Assembly (NCBI GenBank): GCA_021202495.1
Contig: JAJQCX010000066.1
Coordinates: forward strand, 1-46,103
Source: Clostridia bacterium
GTDB taxonomy: Bacteria > Bacillota > Clostridia > UMGS1883
DNA: 46,103 nucleotides
Reading direction: 5' to 3'
Positions 36,601 through 44,494 of this stretch are shown piece by piece. The notes beneath the pieces are model-generated. The model saw nothing but the letters and a program-made list of their open reading frames with translations. It made no database searches and had not been told where the DNA came from. How positions within the stretch are numbered: the first letter of the stretch is position 1; every line of letters starts with the position of its first letter. A program made the translations under genes and the position numbers.

Positions 36601-36716
36601 ACCGAAACATAAATTTCAACCGCGCTGTCTTCCATTTCGCTCTCCCCCATCACTTCTACGCTTCCAAACGCCAATACTGCCGATAACAATACCGATAAAA
36701 CCTTTAACATCTTCAT
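33633..36716 (-). CDS. Secreted right-handed parallel beta-helix protein (probable glycosidase/lyase) with two discoidin-like modules and a small C-terminal beta-sandwich
   Basis: 1027-aa ORF with signal peptide MKMLKVLSVLLSAVLAFG. Beta-helix repeat signatures are present (NNKILRNHIHDV...DGAAIYT, GIAAGYPKNITIEHNT). Two ~146-aa modules follow. Only 24 nt separate it from the GH95-like gene, so co-transcription is probable. Confidence 0.72.
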   Translation of the reverse strand: MKMLKVLSVLLSAVLAFGSVEVMGESEMEDSAVEIYVSVQGNDLNDGRVGNAVQSLQRAKELVREYNESSDVIVHVGEGVYPLDETIEFSPEDGGRNGHSVLYEGENATISGGKSIEGWVLFDEEKNIYKAENVDFDFAQLYINGERGVRAKNVPLDDPYSMRMIKAYREETEVDGYVYPANCITVDATLVSDWNNLKDVKLKTLTAWTENVLPVESIEIIGGRGVIKIQKGAEERIFNRPHPDITGYSHEYTVDFICWFENAYEFIDEEGEWYLDKSSGTLYYKPREGEDMANAEVIAPYTETLLSVKGTLDDNVKNLSFTGFTFAHSNWTRPNDEGTVGGQASQYVLTSNLENEITLYRTPSAAVVECGENIEFIRNEFCHLGAAALDYYYGDKGGLVEGNVFYDIAGNGINIGKFTADESTEMHIAYNPEDEREICDGQIIRNNYLTNIGADYEGSVGIAAGYPKNITIEHNTLSNMPYTGISVGFGWTSEDTAMENNKILRNHIHDVCMAVCDGAAIYTLSTQPNSEMAYNYIHDITRKEWFDYGCAGLYLDEQTSGYSVHDNAMFDCPGIWQNQNPSGGNSLSNNGIICDEDIILVSGVEEEYRDILPLEEYPQMPECFEPENEFETKAKVLSTNAPLAIDGDSTTAQSAADGEFIFEIAGTASVTHIVVKKQKNAGGVTGYNYWTDWVLAVGCELQGSLDGDEWETIGVMNTAPDNLTNHLEEVFEIENPKPYKYIRYIRTTTKTSSDYGAWLFPSDCGNRLNLADIDIYVMPQELIPVYTKMDIVATNAPLALDGDTDTAAQADQDGEFLFELSGEEKVSKVVVKKQKYAGGVTQYGYYWPDWIFSVGCEVQGSIDGENWETIGKSNSWPDNTGDIPQEEFDLDEGKAYRYVRYVRTEVKTSSDYGAWLFPLDYGNRLNLAEIEIYTSKTMQNSAVLEIGESSIVASFELPVKGEGDCDACVALYDHDGCLIKLETKRIEDENEQIVIDTENLQYDETKVRAFVWDNNMKPIGYLKQEWA
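33915..34355 (-). repeat. Discoidin-like module, copy 3 (second in the beta-helix gene)
   Basis: ...DGEFLFELSGEEKVSKVVVKKQKYAGGVTQYGYYWPDWIFSVGCEVQGSIDGENWETIG...YRYVRYVRTEVKTSSDYGAWLFPLDYGNRLNLAEIEIYT. Confidence 0.75.
34386..34820 (-). repeat. Discoidin-like module, copy 2 (first in the beta-helix gene)
   Basis: ...DGEFIFEIAGTASVTHIVVKKQKNAGGVTGYNYWTDWVLAVGCELQGSLDGDEWETIG...YKYIRYIRTTTKTSSDYGAWLFPSDCGNRLNLADIDIYV. Confidence 0.75.
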
Positions 36717-36779
36717 TTTCCTTCGTCATTCCTTTCATGTCTCTATTTTACTATATCCCACACCCGAACGCCAGTCATA

Positions 36780-36810
36780 AACACGACATCTTTTTTTATA
36801 AAATGTCGTG
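36780..36810. promoter_or_regulatory. 9-bp inverted repeat abutting the -35 of the AraC-gene promoter (candidate operator)
   Basis: ACACGACAT (36780-36788) and ATGTCGTGT (36802-36810), separated by a 13-nt A/T-rich spacer. The right arm ends at the first base of the TTGACG -35 element. Confidence 0.4.
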
Positions 36811-36838
36811 TTGACGCAGCAACATTTATGGTTTATAA
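36810..36838 (+). promoter_or_regulatory. Sigma-A promoter of the AraC-family regulator gene
   Basis: TTGACG (36810-36815), an exact 17-nt spacer, then TATAAT (36833-36838). Confidence 0.7.
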
Positions 36839-36857
36839 TATTTTTGAGGTGAAAAAA

Positions 36858-37679
36858 ATGGGCAAAAAAATATCGCTCAACGACGTTGAGCTTAAGTTTC
36901 GATTTGACAATCTTCACATAACCGTTCAACAGGTAAACTACGGCGTTTTCCACACGCCCATCACACGCCACCGCCACGGCAAAACATATTACGAGCTTCA
37001 CCTTGTCTGCGGCGGCAAAGGAGTGCTCATTTCGGATGATGAGGAATATCCTCTCGAAAAAGGCGCTCTATACATGACGGGTCCCAACGTCGTCCATGAG
37101 CAAATTACGGATTCAACATCTCTTATGGAGGAATACTGCCTCGGCTTTGACATAAAACGCCCCAAAAACACACCCGACACAGAAGCCTCCACCGCCCTTT
37201 GCGAAACCCATTTTTGGATAGGCACAGACAACGGCGAATGTGAACGCCTTTTTGAGTCCCTTTCGTTTGAATCGCTCACCCGCCGCATCGGTTTTCAAAA
37301 TAATATCAAAAACATCATTTCCTCAATTCTCGTTCTTCTCGTCCGCGCCTACACGGGCGACGCCGCCGAATATAAACAATCCTCCTCCGTTCCCGACGAC
37401 AAACGCGCCATTATCACCGACAACGCCTTTCTCTATGACTACTCCTCGATAACGCTTGCCTCGCTCGCACAATTAATCGGTCTCAGCGAGCGGCAAACTC
37501 AGCGTTTTCTGCAAAAGCAATACGGCAAAACATTTTCGCTTTTAAAGCGCGAAGCCCGTCTTAACAAAGCAAAAGAGCTTCTCCGACGAGGAAAACCCAT
37601 CGAAGAAGCCGCCCGCCAAACAGGCTACGAAGACCTCCGCAGCTTTAAAAAACTAATCAATCAGCCCGAAATGCTTTAA
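36858..37679 (+). CDS. AraC-family transcriptional regulator (cupin sensor + HTH)
   Basis: The ORF is open from 36828, but that start lies upstream of the -10 element. ATG 36858 has a GAGGTG RBS. The N-terminus is cupin-like (HRHGKTYYELHLVCGG). The C-terminal double HTH reads LAQLIGLSERQTQRFLQKQYGKTF...IEEAARQTGYEDLRSF. Confidence 0.85.
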   Translation: MGKKISLNDVELKFRFDNLHITVQQVNYGVFHTPITRHRHGKTYYELHLVCGGKGVLISDDEEYPLEKGALYMTGPNVVHEQITDSTSLMEEYCLGFDIKRPKNTPDTEASTALCETHFWIGTDNGECERLFESLSFESLTRRIGFQNNIKNIISSILVLLVRAYTGDAAEYKQSSSVPDDKRAIITDNAFLYDYSSITLASLAQLIGLSERQTQRFLQKQYGKTFSLLKREARLNKAKELLRRGKPIEEAARQTGYEDLRSFKKLINQPEML

Positions 37680-38453
37680 CGCAAATTCCACGCCGTTGTC
37701 CAAAATATCCCGCGTCACGAACGAAACGCAGTTATGTATGCTCTTTCCGTTCCCCATGCCGATGGAATTTGGCGTCGCGTTGAACATTTCAATGTCGTTT
37801 TCGCTGTCGCCCAAAACGTATGTGTCCGAAATCGGCACACCCAAGCGCTCCGCAATCATTTTTATCGCGTTCCCCTTAGAGCAGCCCTTCGGTACAAGCT
37901 CGTAAAACCCTTTTTCTCTGTCGATTATCGAAAAATGCTCCGCCGCCGCGTTCAGAAAAGCCTTAATGTCGCTTCCCGCGTCCGAGAAAACGCACATTTT
38001 GTCAAAGCTGAAATCCTCGCTTTCGGTGTCCATGCTCACCGTTCCGCCGTTTCGTTTAACCGATTCCATAAAATCTATTATCCATCCGCCGTCGGGACCG
38101 TTCGATGTAAAAAAGTTCGTGTCTTTTCTCTCAAAAAAGCCGTTCATGCGGCATTTTTTGCACATCTCCAAAATATGGCGGCAAATGCTCTTTTCAACCG
38201 TCGCGCAAAAAATTTCATCGTTTCCTATGCGAATGTTCGTCCCGCACCCGCTCGCAACTCCGTCAAAACCAATCTCAAGCACGTCCTTGTCAATGTTGCC
38301 GTAAGGTCTGCCGGAATTTATAAAGCACAAATGCCCTCTTTTCCTTGCCTCCCCGATAGCCCTCACGCAGCTTTCGGGAATAACCCTCTCGGAATCCACC
38401 ACAACATCCGTCACAATCGTCCCGTCAATGTCGAAAAAAATTATCTTGCCCAT
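37653..38453 (-). CDS. Cof-type HAD-IIB phosphatase
   Basis: Motif I is FFDIDGTIV and motif IV is GDSENDIEMF. The likely start is ATG 38453, with GGAGG 9 nt upstream (the ORF is open to 38507). The gene ends with TAG and overlaps the AraC gene 3' end convergently. Confidence 0.85.
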   Translation of the reverse strand: MGKIIFFDIDGTIVTDVVVDSERVIPESCVRAIGEARKRGHLCFINSGRPYGNIDKDVLEIGFDGVASGCGTNIRIGNDEIFCATVEKSICRHILEMCKKCRMNGFFERKDTNFFTSNGPDGGWIIDFMESVKRNGGTVSMDTESEDFSFDKMCVFSDAGSDIKAFLNAAAEHFSIIDREKGFYELVPKGCSKGNAIKMIAERLGVPISDTYVLGDSENDIEMFNATPNSIGMGNGKSIHNCVSFVTRDILDNGVEFALKHFGLID

Positions 38454-38541
38454 CTTGCATCCGCCTCCAATCTTGACTACTATAACACATTTCGACAAAA
38501 TGCACAACCCTATTTTTTACGACATTTTTTTCTCAAAATTA

Positions 38542-39468
38542 TTATGACCGCAATGACAAGCAAAATAATCGCCGCGCACACCGCCGCAATAATCCCCGCA
38601 GCGCTTTTTTCGTTTCGATTATTTCAAACCTGCACCCGCTCACCTCAAATTCAAGATAGCTCCCGAACGATCTTGTACTGATCTTTTCCGCCACTCCGCC
38701 GTAGGAAACGTAAATATTAACACTTTTCTCCGAAAGCGGCTTGTAGCGCACGGTGTATTTTTCGCTGTAGCTGTTTTTAATTTCAACTTTTCTGCTGTCA
38801 ATCGCGTCAAGCTCTTCGTATGCGCCGCCCTCGCTCACAATAACCGCCGCGCTGTCGTCAAACGCGCCGCACACGATGACAATGCTCTTCCCGTCCTCAC
38901 GTTTCGCTTCGGATGCGATTATGTCCATGTTTCGGAAATATTCCGCTTCCAAAACCGCGTCATACGTCGCGTTTTCAAAATCGTATTCGCTCCATTTTCC
39001 GTAATACCCCTTTTTTTCGGGCACGTTCGGGATGTCGCTTTCCGCAATCGCGCTCCCGTAGGTAAATTCCACGTTTCCCACTTCTTCTCCGTCCGCGACA
39101 AACGAGAGCTTAAATGTCACGTCGCGGTCAAAATTTTGTTTTACGAATTGCACAAAATCCTCAATTTTCGCCTCTTCCGCGCGGTAGGTATAGGTTATGT
39201 CGTCAATTCCGCCCATGCTGCCCACAAAAATATTGGATTTTACGCTCTCAATTTCAGCCTGACCCGCAACAGAACCGGCAAACTCTTCATGCCGCGCAAT
39301 ATTAACACAGGCGGCGCACGATGAAATTTCTTCGGCGCACCCCGCTATTCCTCCGACGTAATCGCCGCCCGAAAGAGTACACTTTGAGGCGGAGCGTTTT
39401 ATCACAGCTTCCGAAACCCCCCCCAATGCCGCCGACATAATCTCCGTCCGCACTCTCCGCATCACCAT
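38542..39468 (-). CDS. C-terminal fragment of the frameshifted GLUG-repeat surface protein
   Basis: The fragment continues the GGIAG/GLUG-type repeats (SGGDYVGGIAGCAEEISSC) and then a beta-rich domain. After the T6 tract at 38605-38610, another frame encodes a TM anchor plus basic tail (SAAGIIAAVCAAIILLVIAVIIILRKKCRKK, stop at 38510-38512). Confidence 0.7.
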   Translation of the reverse strand: MVMRRVRTEIMSAALGGVSEAVIKRSASKCTLSGGDYVGGIAGCAEEISSCAACVNIARHEEFAGSVAGQAEIESVKSNIFVGSMGGIDDITYTYRAEEAKIEDFVQFVKQNFDRDVTFKLSFVADGEEVGNVEFTYGSAIAESDIPNVPEKKGYYGKWSEYDFENATYDAVLEAEYFRNMDIIASEAKREDGKSIVIVCGAFDDSAAVIVSEGGAYEELDAIDSRKVEIKNSYSEKYTVRYKPLSEKSVNIYVSYGGVAEKISTRSFGSYLEFEVSGCRFEIIETKKALRGLLRRCARRLFCLSLRS

Positions 39469-39503
39469 AATTTTCGCACGACAGAATACTTCCCAAATCA
39501 GCC

Positions 39504-41957
39504 TTACCGCAAATTCCGCCGCAGTAATTTTTTTCTGCTCTCAACCCGGGCAAAATTCACGCAGGATAAAACAACGCATTTCGTCTTGTATGTAAAATTC
39601 AGCGACCTATCTCCGCTGTCCGTCACGTCGTCCTCGGGGTCAAAGTCATATTCAATCGCCATCGCCCCCGCCACGCCGCCTGCGCACAAGTCCGCGTAAA
39701 CCTTGCCGTAATTGGCGCATTTCTCTATCTTTCCCGATGAAATGCCGCTCTCCGTTTCCGACACGTCTACATAATAATCCTCGCTGTCCAAATCGGTATA
39801 TTTGTCATACGCGTCGGATAATATGTCCGAAATGTTTTTCACTCTGGCGCTTGCGCTCTCCATGTCGTCAAGCGCCGTATTCTTCTTTTCGCGGACAATC
39901 TCGTTTAACGCGGAAAATTCGTCCTGCAGCGCTTCGACCGCGTCCAGGAGATCTTCAAACGAGTCGTTCATATATTCCGACGCTTTCGGCAGCTCAATTT
40001 CTTCCCGCTGTGCCAAATCGTTTACGATTTCGCGGAGCTTTTCCATCGCGTCCGAAAGTCTGTCAGAACCGTCTTTCATATGCTCAAGTGCGCTTTTCAC
40101 GTAATCCGCCGCAATTTTCCCCTCGTCGGACACGGTTTCAAGATCGTCTGTGATAACCTCCATGTCGTCAATCGCCCGCCTCATGTCGGAAAGCCCCTGT
40201 GAAGTCAGCCGCAGCCCCTTTTCCAAAAAACGCAGCGAATTTTTGAGCGATTTTGCGTCAAAATCGTCCGCCAAGAGCAGCAGCGCGTCGCACATCTCGC
40301 CGAGCGCCGAGCCTATCGCGTTGTAGCTTTCCGCCAAATCGCCGAGGTTTGCTATCGCTTTTTTCACGGCTTTGTTCACCGTTTTTATTTCAAGCGCCTC
40401 TTCAAGCGCCGCCTTCAAATCGTCAAACGACTCTCCCGCGTCGGAGAGCGCATCGGCAAAATATTTGCCGCACGTCCACAGCGCCGCAAAACTTTCATCC
40501 ACATTTTCCTTCTTTTCAAGCGCTTCGTTCAAATTTTCCAGCGCGTCCCTCAACTTTTCGCCTCCGTCTTCCAATGAATTTGTTACGTCCTCCAGCTCGT
40601 CAGCCGCGTCCGCGAGTGCATTCATCGCACTTTGCAAATTCGTCAGCGATGTTCCGACGTCAACGCGCACCTCGTCAACGTCCTCCTGCATCAAGTCGAG
40701 CTCTTTTAAAATGTCCTTTAAATAATCCGCGCCTTGCTTTAAATCGTCCATTCCGTCCGCCAAATCGTCAGATCCGTGCTTTAAATCGGAAAATACTTCT
40801 CCGCTCTCGTCTAATGCAAAGTGCATTCTCTCCAAAATTTCATTGAAGCTCCCCGCCATTTCGTCTGCATAATCGCCGGCGTGTTTGCCCAAATCATCGG
40901 CGCGATCGCGCATTTCGCTCACTGCCGCATTTATGTCGTCAAGCTTGTCATTCACTCTCTCGTCCGCGTCGTCGATGTTTTTGTCGATTATCTTTTGTAT
41001 CGTTTCCATTTCGCGGTCGAGCTTTTCAAGCGTGTCCTCGTCAAATTCCAATATCACATATGGCTCCGCCTGCCCGACAATGCCGCCGACGTCCTTGCGT
41101 CCGCTTATCTCACCGTAATTTTCGCAGTTTAAAATTACGCCGCTCTGCCTGCCGGCAATGCCGCCCGCGTTGTAGCCCACCGAGCGGCAGCCCACGCCGC
41201 CTTGATTGGTGCAGCTCTCTATTCTCCCCTTTGAATAGCCCGCAATTCCGCCGCTGTCGGTCGTCACAGACGTGTTTTCCGCCGAGCGCAAATTTTCGGT
41301 GTCAATTTCAATCTCCGTCATGCTTTCTTCTTTACCCGAGGTGTTAACGCTTCCTTCGTTCGTGCAGTCAATTATTCGTCCCAAATTTGTTCCCGCAATG
41401 CCGCCGGTGTAATTTTTTCCCTCCGTGCTGCCCTTAAATACGCAGCCCTCAATAACTCCGCTCTCCGTCACGCTGCCCGCAATGCCGCCGACACTTATCT
41501 TACCCTCAACCTCTCCCTCAAAGGTGCAGTTTTTGATAATTCCGCTGTTTTCGCCGGCAATACCGCCCACGTTTTCTGCCGAACCCGACGGCGCGGAGGT
41601 TCCTTTTACGTTTAGGTTTTCCACAACTCCGTTTTCTTGAATATATCTGAATAGACCAACATAGGAGCCGCTGCGGGCAATATTTACGCCGCTAATCGTA
41701 TGCCCGTTTCCCAAGAGCCTGCCGCCGAAAGTCGGTATGGGTTCAAAGCCTGCGCCCTTCATATCAATATCGCATGTTATCTCAAAGACCTTTCCCACAG
41801 ACCATGTGTCCGTGCGGCAGTTTTGCGCAAATTTTATTAAATCCTCCGCGCTTGAAATTTTTATCACAGTTTCCTCGGCAAAAAGTCCTGTCGGAATGAG
41901 GCTTGCCGCAACTGCCAAAATGAGGACGAGCGCCGCCATTTTACGCATTTTCATCAC
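39504..41957 (-). CDS. N-terminal 817-aa fragment of a GLUG-repeat / long acidic coiled-coil surface protein
   Basis: It has a signal peptide (MRKMAALVLILAVAASLIPTGLFA), and the likely start is ATG 41954 with a GGAGGG RBS. It carries multiple CxNxGxVxxxxxxGGIAG units (GLUG motif). A ~420-aa Asp/Glu/Leu-rich helical region follows, with LxxG heptad-like repeats (DDLADGMDDLKQG), and then further GLUG units. The frame is lost at the A7 run (plus T7 at 39528-39534). Confidence 0.78.
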   Translation of the reverse strand: MMKMRKMAALVLILAVAASLIPTGLFAEETVIKISSAEDLIKFAQNCRTDTWSVGKVFEITCDIDMKGAGFEPIPTFGGRLLGNGHTISGVNIARSGSYVGLFRYIQENGVVENLNVKGTSAPSGSAENVGGIAGENSGIIKNCTFEGEVEGKISVGGIAGSVTESGVIEGCVFKGSTEGKNYTGGIAGTNLGRIIDCTNEGSVNTSGKEESMTEIEIDTENLRSAENTSVTTDSGGIAGYSKGRIESCTNQGGVGCRSVGYNAGGIAGRQSGVILNCENYGEISGRKDVGGIVGQAEPYVILEFDEDTLEKLDREMETIQKIIDKNIDDADERVNDKLDDINAAVSEMRDRADDLGKHAGDYADEMAGSFNEILERMHFALDESGEVFSDLKHGSDDLADGMDDLKQGADYLKDILKELDLMQEDVDEVRVDVGTSLTNLQSAMNALADAADELEDVTNSLEDGGEKLRDALENLNEALEKKENVDESFAALWTCGKYFADALSDAGESFDDLKAALEEALEIKTVNKAVKKAIANLGDLAESYNAIGSALGEMCDALLLLADDFDAKSLKNSLRFLEKGLRLTSQGLSDMRRAIDDMEVITDDLETVSDEGKIAADYVKSALEHMKDGSDRLSDAMEKLREIVNDLAQREEIELPKASEYMNDSFEDLLDAVEALQDEFSALNEIVREKKNTALDDMESASARVKNISDILSDAYDKYTDLDSEDYYVDVSETESGISSGKIEKCANYGKVYADLCAGGVAGAMAIEYDFDPEDDVTDSGDRSLNFTYKTKCVVLSCVNFARVESRKKLLRRNLR

Positions 41958-44370
41958 TTTCGCCCTCCTTCACAGCATCCGTCTCCGCTCTCACTTCAAT
42001 GTCGCCTCTGATATATCCCTTTACTTCGGCGTTTATATATCCGTTCACGTGCCCTGCAATTCTGCCGTTCACACTCATATAACCCGACCGCTTTTTCGGC
42101 AGCGGCGCTTCGACCTTTATCGTAAAGCTCGTCTTTTCGATTATCGTGTCGCCCAAGAGCAGAATCTCGGGCAAAACGCACATTACAAGAAACATAGACA
42201 GTGCCGTCCCTCTGCACAGCGTTATCCCTATCGCCACAATTGTCGACGTTGTGGAGAGCAGCCCAATTAAAAGCCCCGCCGACGCCAATATGCTCCCGGA
42301 GGTCAAAACAGTCGGAAACGCGAAATTCAGCGCGCCGCGCATTGCCTCTTTTATCGGCACAGAGCTTTTCAGCTCCATATATCTGCTCGAAATTACTATC
42401 GCGTAGTCAATGTTTGCGCCCATCTGTATACTTGAAACCACCAAATAGCTCAGGAAAAATATCGGCGAATTTGTAATTGTCGAAACGGAAAAGTTTATCC
42501 AAATGCTGCCCTGTATCACCGCAATTAAGAGCACCGGCATACCCGCGCTCTTGAACGTGAAAAACAAAACAATGAGCACGAATAATATCGAAAGCACGCT
42601 CACAAGCACGTTATCCGTGTCAAACGCCTTTTTTAAGTCGTAGCTGCTCGTCGAATTTCCCGCCATGTAGCTTTCATCATAAAATTTTCCCGCCAATTCG
42701 CTCAAATCATCGATAAAAGCAAATGTTTCATCGCCTTCAATCGGCAAATTGGTATATATCAATATCCTCGAAAAATTCTCTCCCTCAAGCTGTTTTTTCG
42801 CACTGTCGAGCTTGAGGTACATATCGTCCAAATCCTTTTCCAAATCCTCGTCGAGCGTAATGTAGCCGTCTTCTTTCACGTCATACAAAAACATGAACAT
42901 ATCTATCAGCGGGACGGAGTATTCCTTTAAATTTCCCAAAAGATTGCTGTAATTTTCGTTTTCCGCAGCATACGCCGCGTAAAGGAGCGTCGCCTCCGAC
43001 GTGTCAACGTCCGCGATTTCCGCAAATTCACGCGGTGAGAGTGAGTCCGTCAAAACATATCCGTCCTTTGCCTCAACCGTCGAAAGAGCGGTTATCCCCG
43101 TCACTTCGCTTCTTTTCGCAATCTCGGCGCAAAGCGCCTTTTCTTTTTCATAATCGCCTTCAGGCACCATCAGCGCAGTTAAATTTGTCTCACCGAAATT
43201 TTCCTCAATCATTTCTTTCGCTGTCTGCGTCTCATTTTTTCGATATGTTTTAGCCATCGAATCATTATATACATAAGGGCAACCCGACGAAACAAAGTAC
43301 GCCGCCGCTATTATAATTATAAAAATCGGCGGCAACACCATTCTGAGCTTATACACCACGTCTCCCAAAAACGAAACGTCAGGCAGAAAGCTTCTGTGCG
43401 GCGTTTTGTCTATGTATTTTCCGAGTACGCACAAAAGGCACGGCATCAGTGTAAACACGCAGAAAAGGCTGAAAATTATCGCCTTGATCAGGCACAAACC
43501 CAAATCGAAGCCAATTTTAAACTGCATGAACATCATTGCCATCAAGCCCGAAACGGTCGTCAGCGAGCTTGACGATATCTCGGGTATTGATACCGCCAAA
43601 GCCCGCGCAACCGCCTCCTCTATCTCGTGCGTCTCCCTCTCCTCACTGTAATGATGAATCATTATGATTGCGTAATCTATCGAAAGCGCCAGCTGCAGCA
43701 CCACCGTCACCGAATTTGACACAAACGAAATCTCACCAAGCAAAAAATTCGTGCCCTTGTTTAAGAGCGCCGCCGCCACAAACGTTATCAGCAGCACCGG
43801 CACCTCCATCCACGTTTTGGATGTCAAGAGCAAGACTGTCACAATTATGACCGCCGCCACAATAAGCACTACCGACATTTCGTTTTCGAGCGACTTTGAA
43901 CTGTCTGTATAGCTTTCGGAATAATACATGTCGTAATCCGAAAGCGCCGCGCGTATTTCTTCATAGCCCTGCTTTGTTTCCTCGCTTCCGTCCTCGCTAT
44001 TCAGCGTTATCTTAAATAACGCGCACCCGTTAGTGTAATATTCGTCGGTATTCTCAAAATCGACCATGCTCACGCAATCGAGGTTTTCGATTATATCGAC
44101 TATTTCCTCCGCCTCATCAAGCGTCACGTTCGCCGCCATAGCCTCCGAGGTCGAATAGGTGACAAATTCTCTTTCCATCACCTCAAGCCCCTGCTTTGTC
44201 GCGGTGTCCTCCGACAAATAATCCGTCAAATCGTCGCACACCTCAACCCAATTTTGAGCGACAAGCGAAAAAATGAGCGCCGCCGCATATATCACAAAGA
44301 TAATGTTTCTCTTGTCCACAATAAAGGACGATATTTTGTCCATCACACTTTTTTGTCCTTTTTTCGCCAC
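41941..44370 (-). CDS. MMPL-family (RND superfamily) membrane transporter
   Basis: 809-aa ORF with two homologous halves. Each half has a multi-TM bundle carrying the MMPL-type motifs LSIDYAIIMIHHY and GANIDYAIVISSRY, separated by a soluble domain. Its 3' end overlaps the GLUG-protein gene by 17 nt. Confidence 0.85.
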   Translation of the reverse strand: MAKKGQKSVMDKISSFIVDKRNIIFVIYAAALIFSLVAQNWVEVCDDLTDYLSEDTATKQGLEVMEREFVTYSTSEAMAANVTLDEAEEIVDIIENLDCVSMVDFENTDEYYTNGCALFKITLNSEDGSEETKQGYEEIRAALSDYDMYYSESYTDSSKSLENEMSVVLIVAAVIIVTVLLLTSKTWMEVPVLLITFVAAALLNKGTNFLLGEISFVSNSVTVVLQLALSIDYAIIMIHHYSEERETHEIEEAVARALAVSIPEISSSSLTTVSGLMAMMFMQFKIGFDLGLCLIKAIIFSLFCVFTLMPCLLCVLGKYIDKTPHRSFLPDVSFLGDVVYKLRMVLPPIFIIIIAAAYFVSSGCPYVYNDSMAKTYRKNETQTAKEMIEENFGETNLTALMVPEGDYEKEKALCAEIAKRSEVTGITALSTVEAKDGYVLTDSLSPREFAEIADVDTSEATLLYAAYAAENENYSNLLGNLKEYSVPLIDMFMFLYDVKEDGYITLDEDLEKDLDDMYLKLDSAKKQLEGENFSRILIYTNLPIEGDETFAFIDDLSELAGKFYDESYMAGNSTSSYDLKKAFDTDNVLVSVLSILFVLIVLFFTFKSAGMPVLLIAVIQGSIWINFSVSTITNSPIFFLSYLVVSSIQMGANIDYAIVISSRYMELKSSVPIKEAMRGALNFAFPTVLTSGSILASAGLLIGLLSTTSTIVAIGITLCRGTALSMFLVMCVLPEILLLGDTIIEKTSFTIKVEAPLPKKRSGYMSVNGRIAGHVNGYINAEVKGYIRGDIEVRAETDAVKEGESDENA

Positions 44371-44436
44371 ATTCCTACGTCCTTTCAGATTTGTTTCTTT
44401 TAATTATATTTCCTATGCGATTTGCCCACAACAGAC

Positions 44437-44479
44437 AAAAACAGCCCCATGCACAAAATTTATGCACAAGACTGTTTTT
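44437..44479. promoter_or_regulatory. Inverted repeat plus direct repeat between tetR and the MMPL gene (candidate operator or weak terminator)
   Basis: AAAAACAG (44437-44444) and CTGTTTTT (44472-44479) flank two copies of ATGCACAA (44449-44456 and 44462-44469). Confidence 0.3.
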
Positions 44480-44494
44480 GCTTAAAATTTCAAA

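Noticed and set aside
36828-36857. Upstream alternative starts given by the ORF track: AraC at 36828, LRR protein at 8412, GyrI-like at 28668 and HAD at 38507.
   Set aside because: In each case a strong Shine-Dalgarno sequence precedes an internal ATG (36858, 8442, 28695, 38453). For AraC, the longer start lies upstream of the predicted -10 element. The N-terminal extensions have no signal or motif content.
39302-39553. The 83-aa ORF between the two large GLUG-protein ORFs, considered as an independent small gene.
   Set aside because: Its sequence (NYCGGICGKA...DYVGGIGGG) continues the GLUG repeat pattern of the flanking ORFs and begins and ends at homopolymer tracts. It is the middle fragment of the frameshifted gene.
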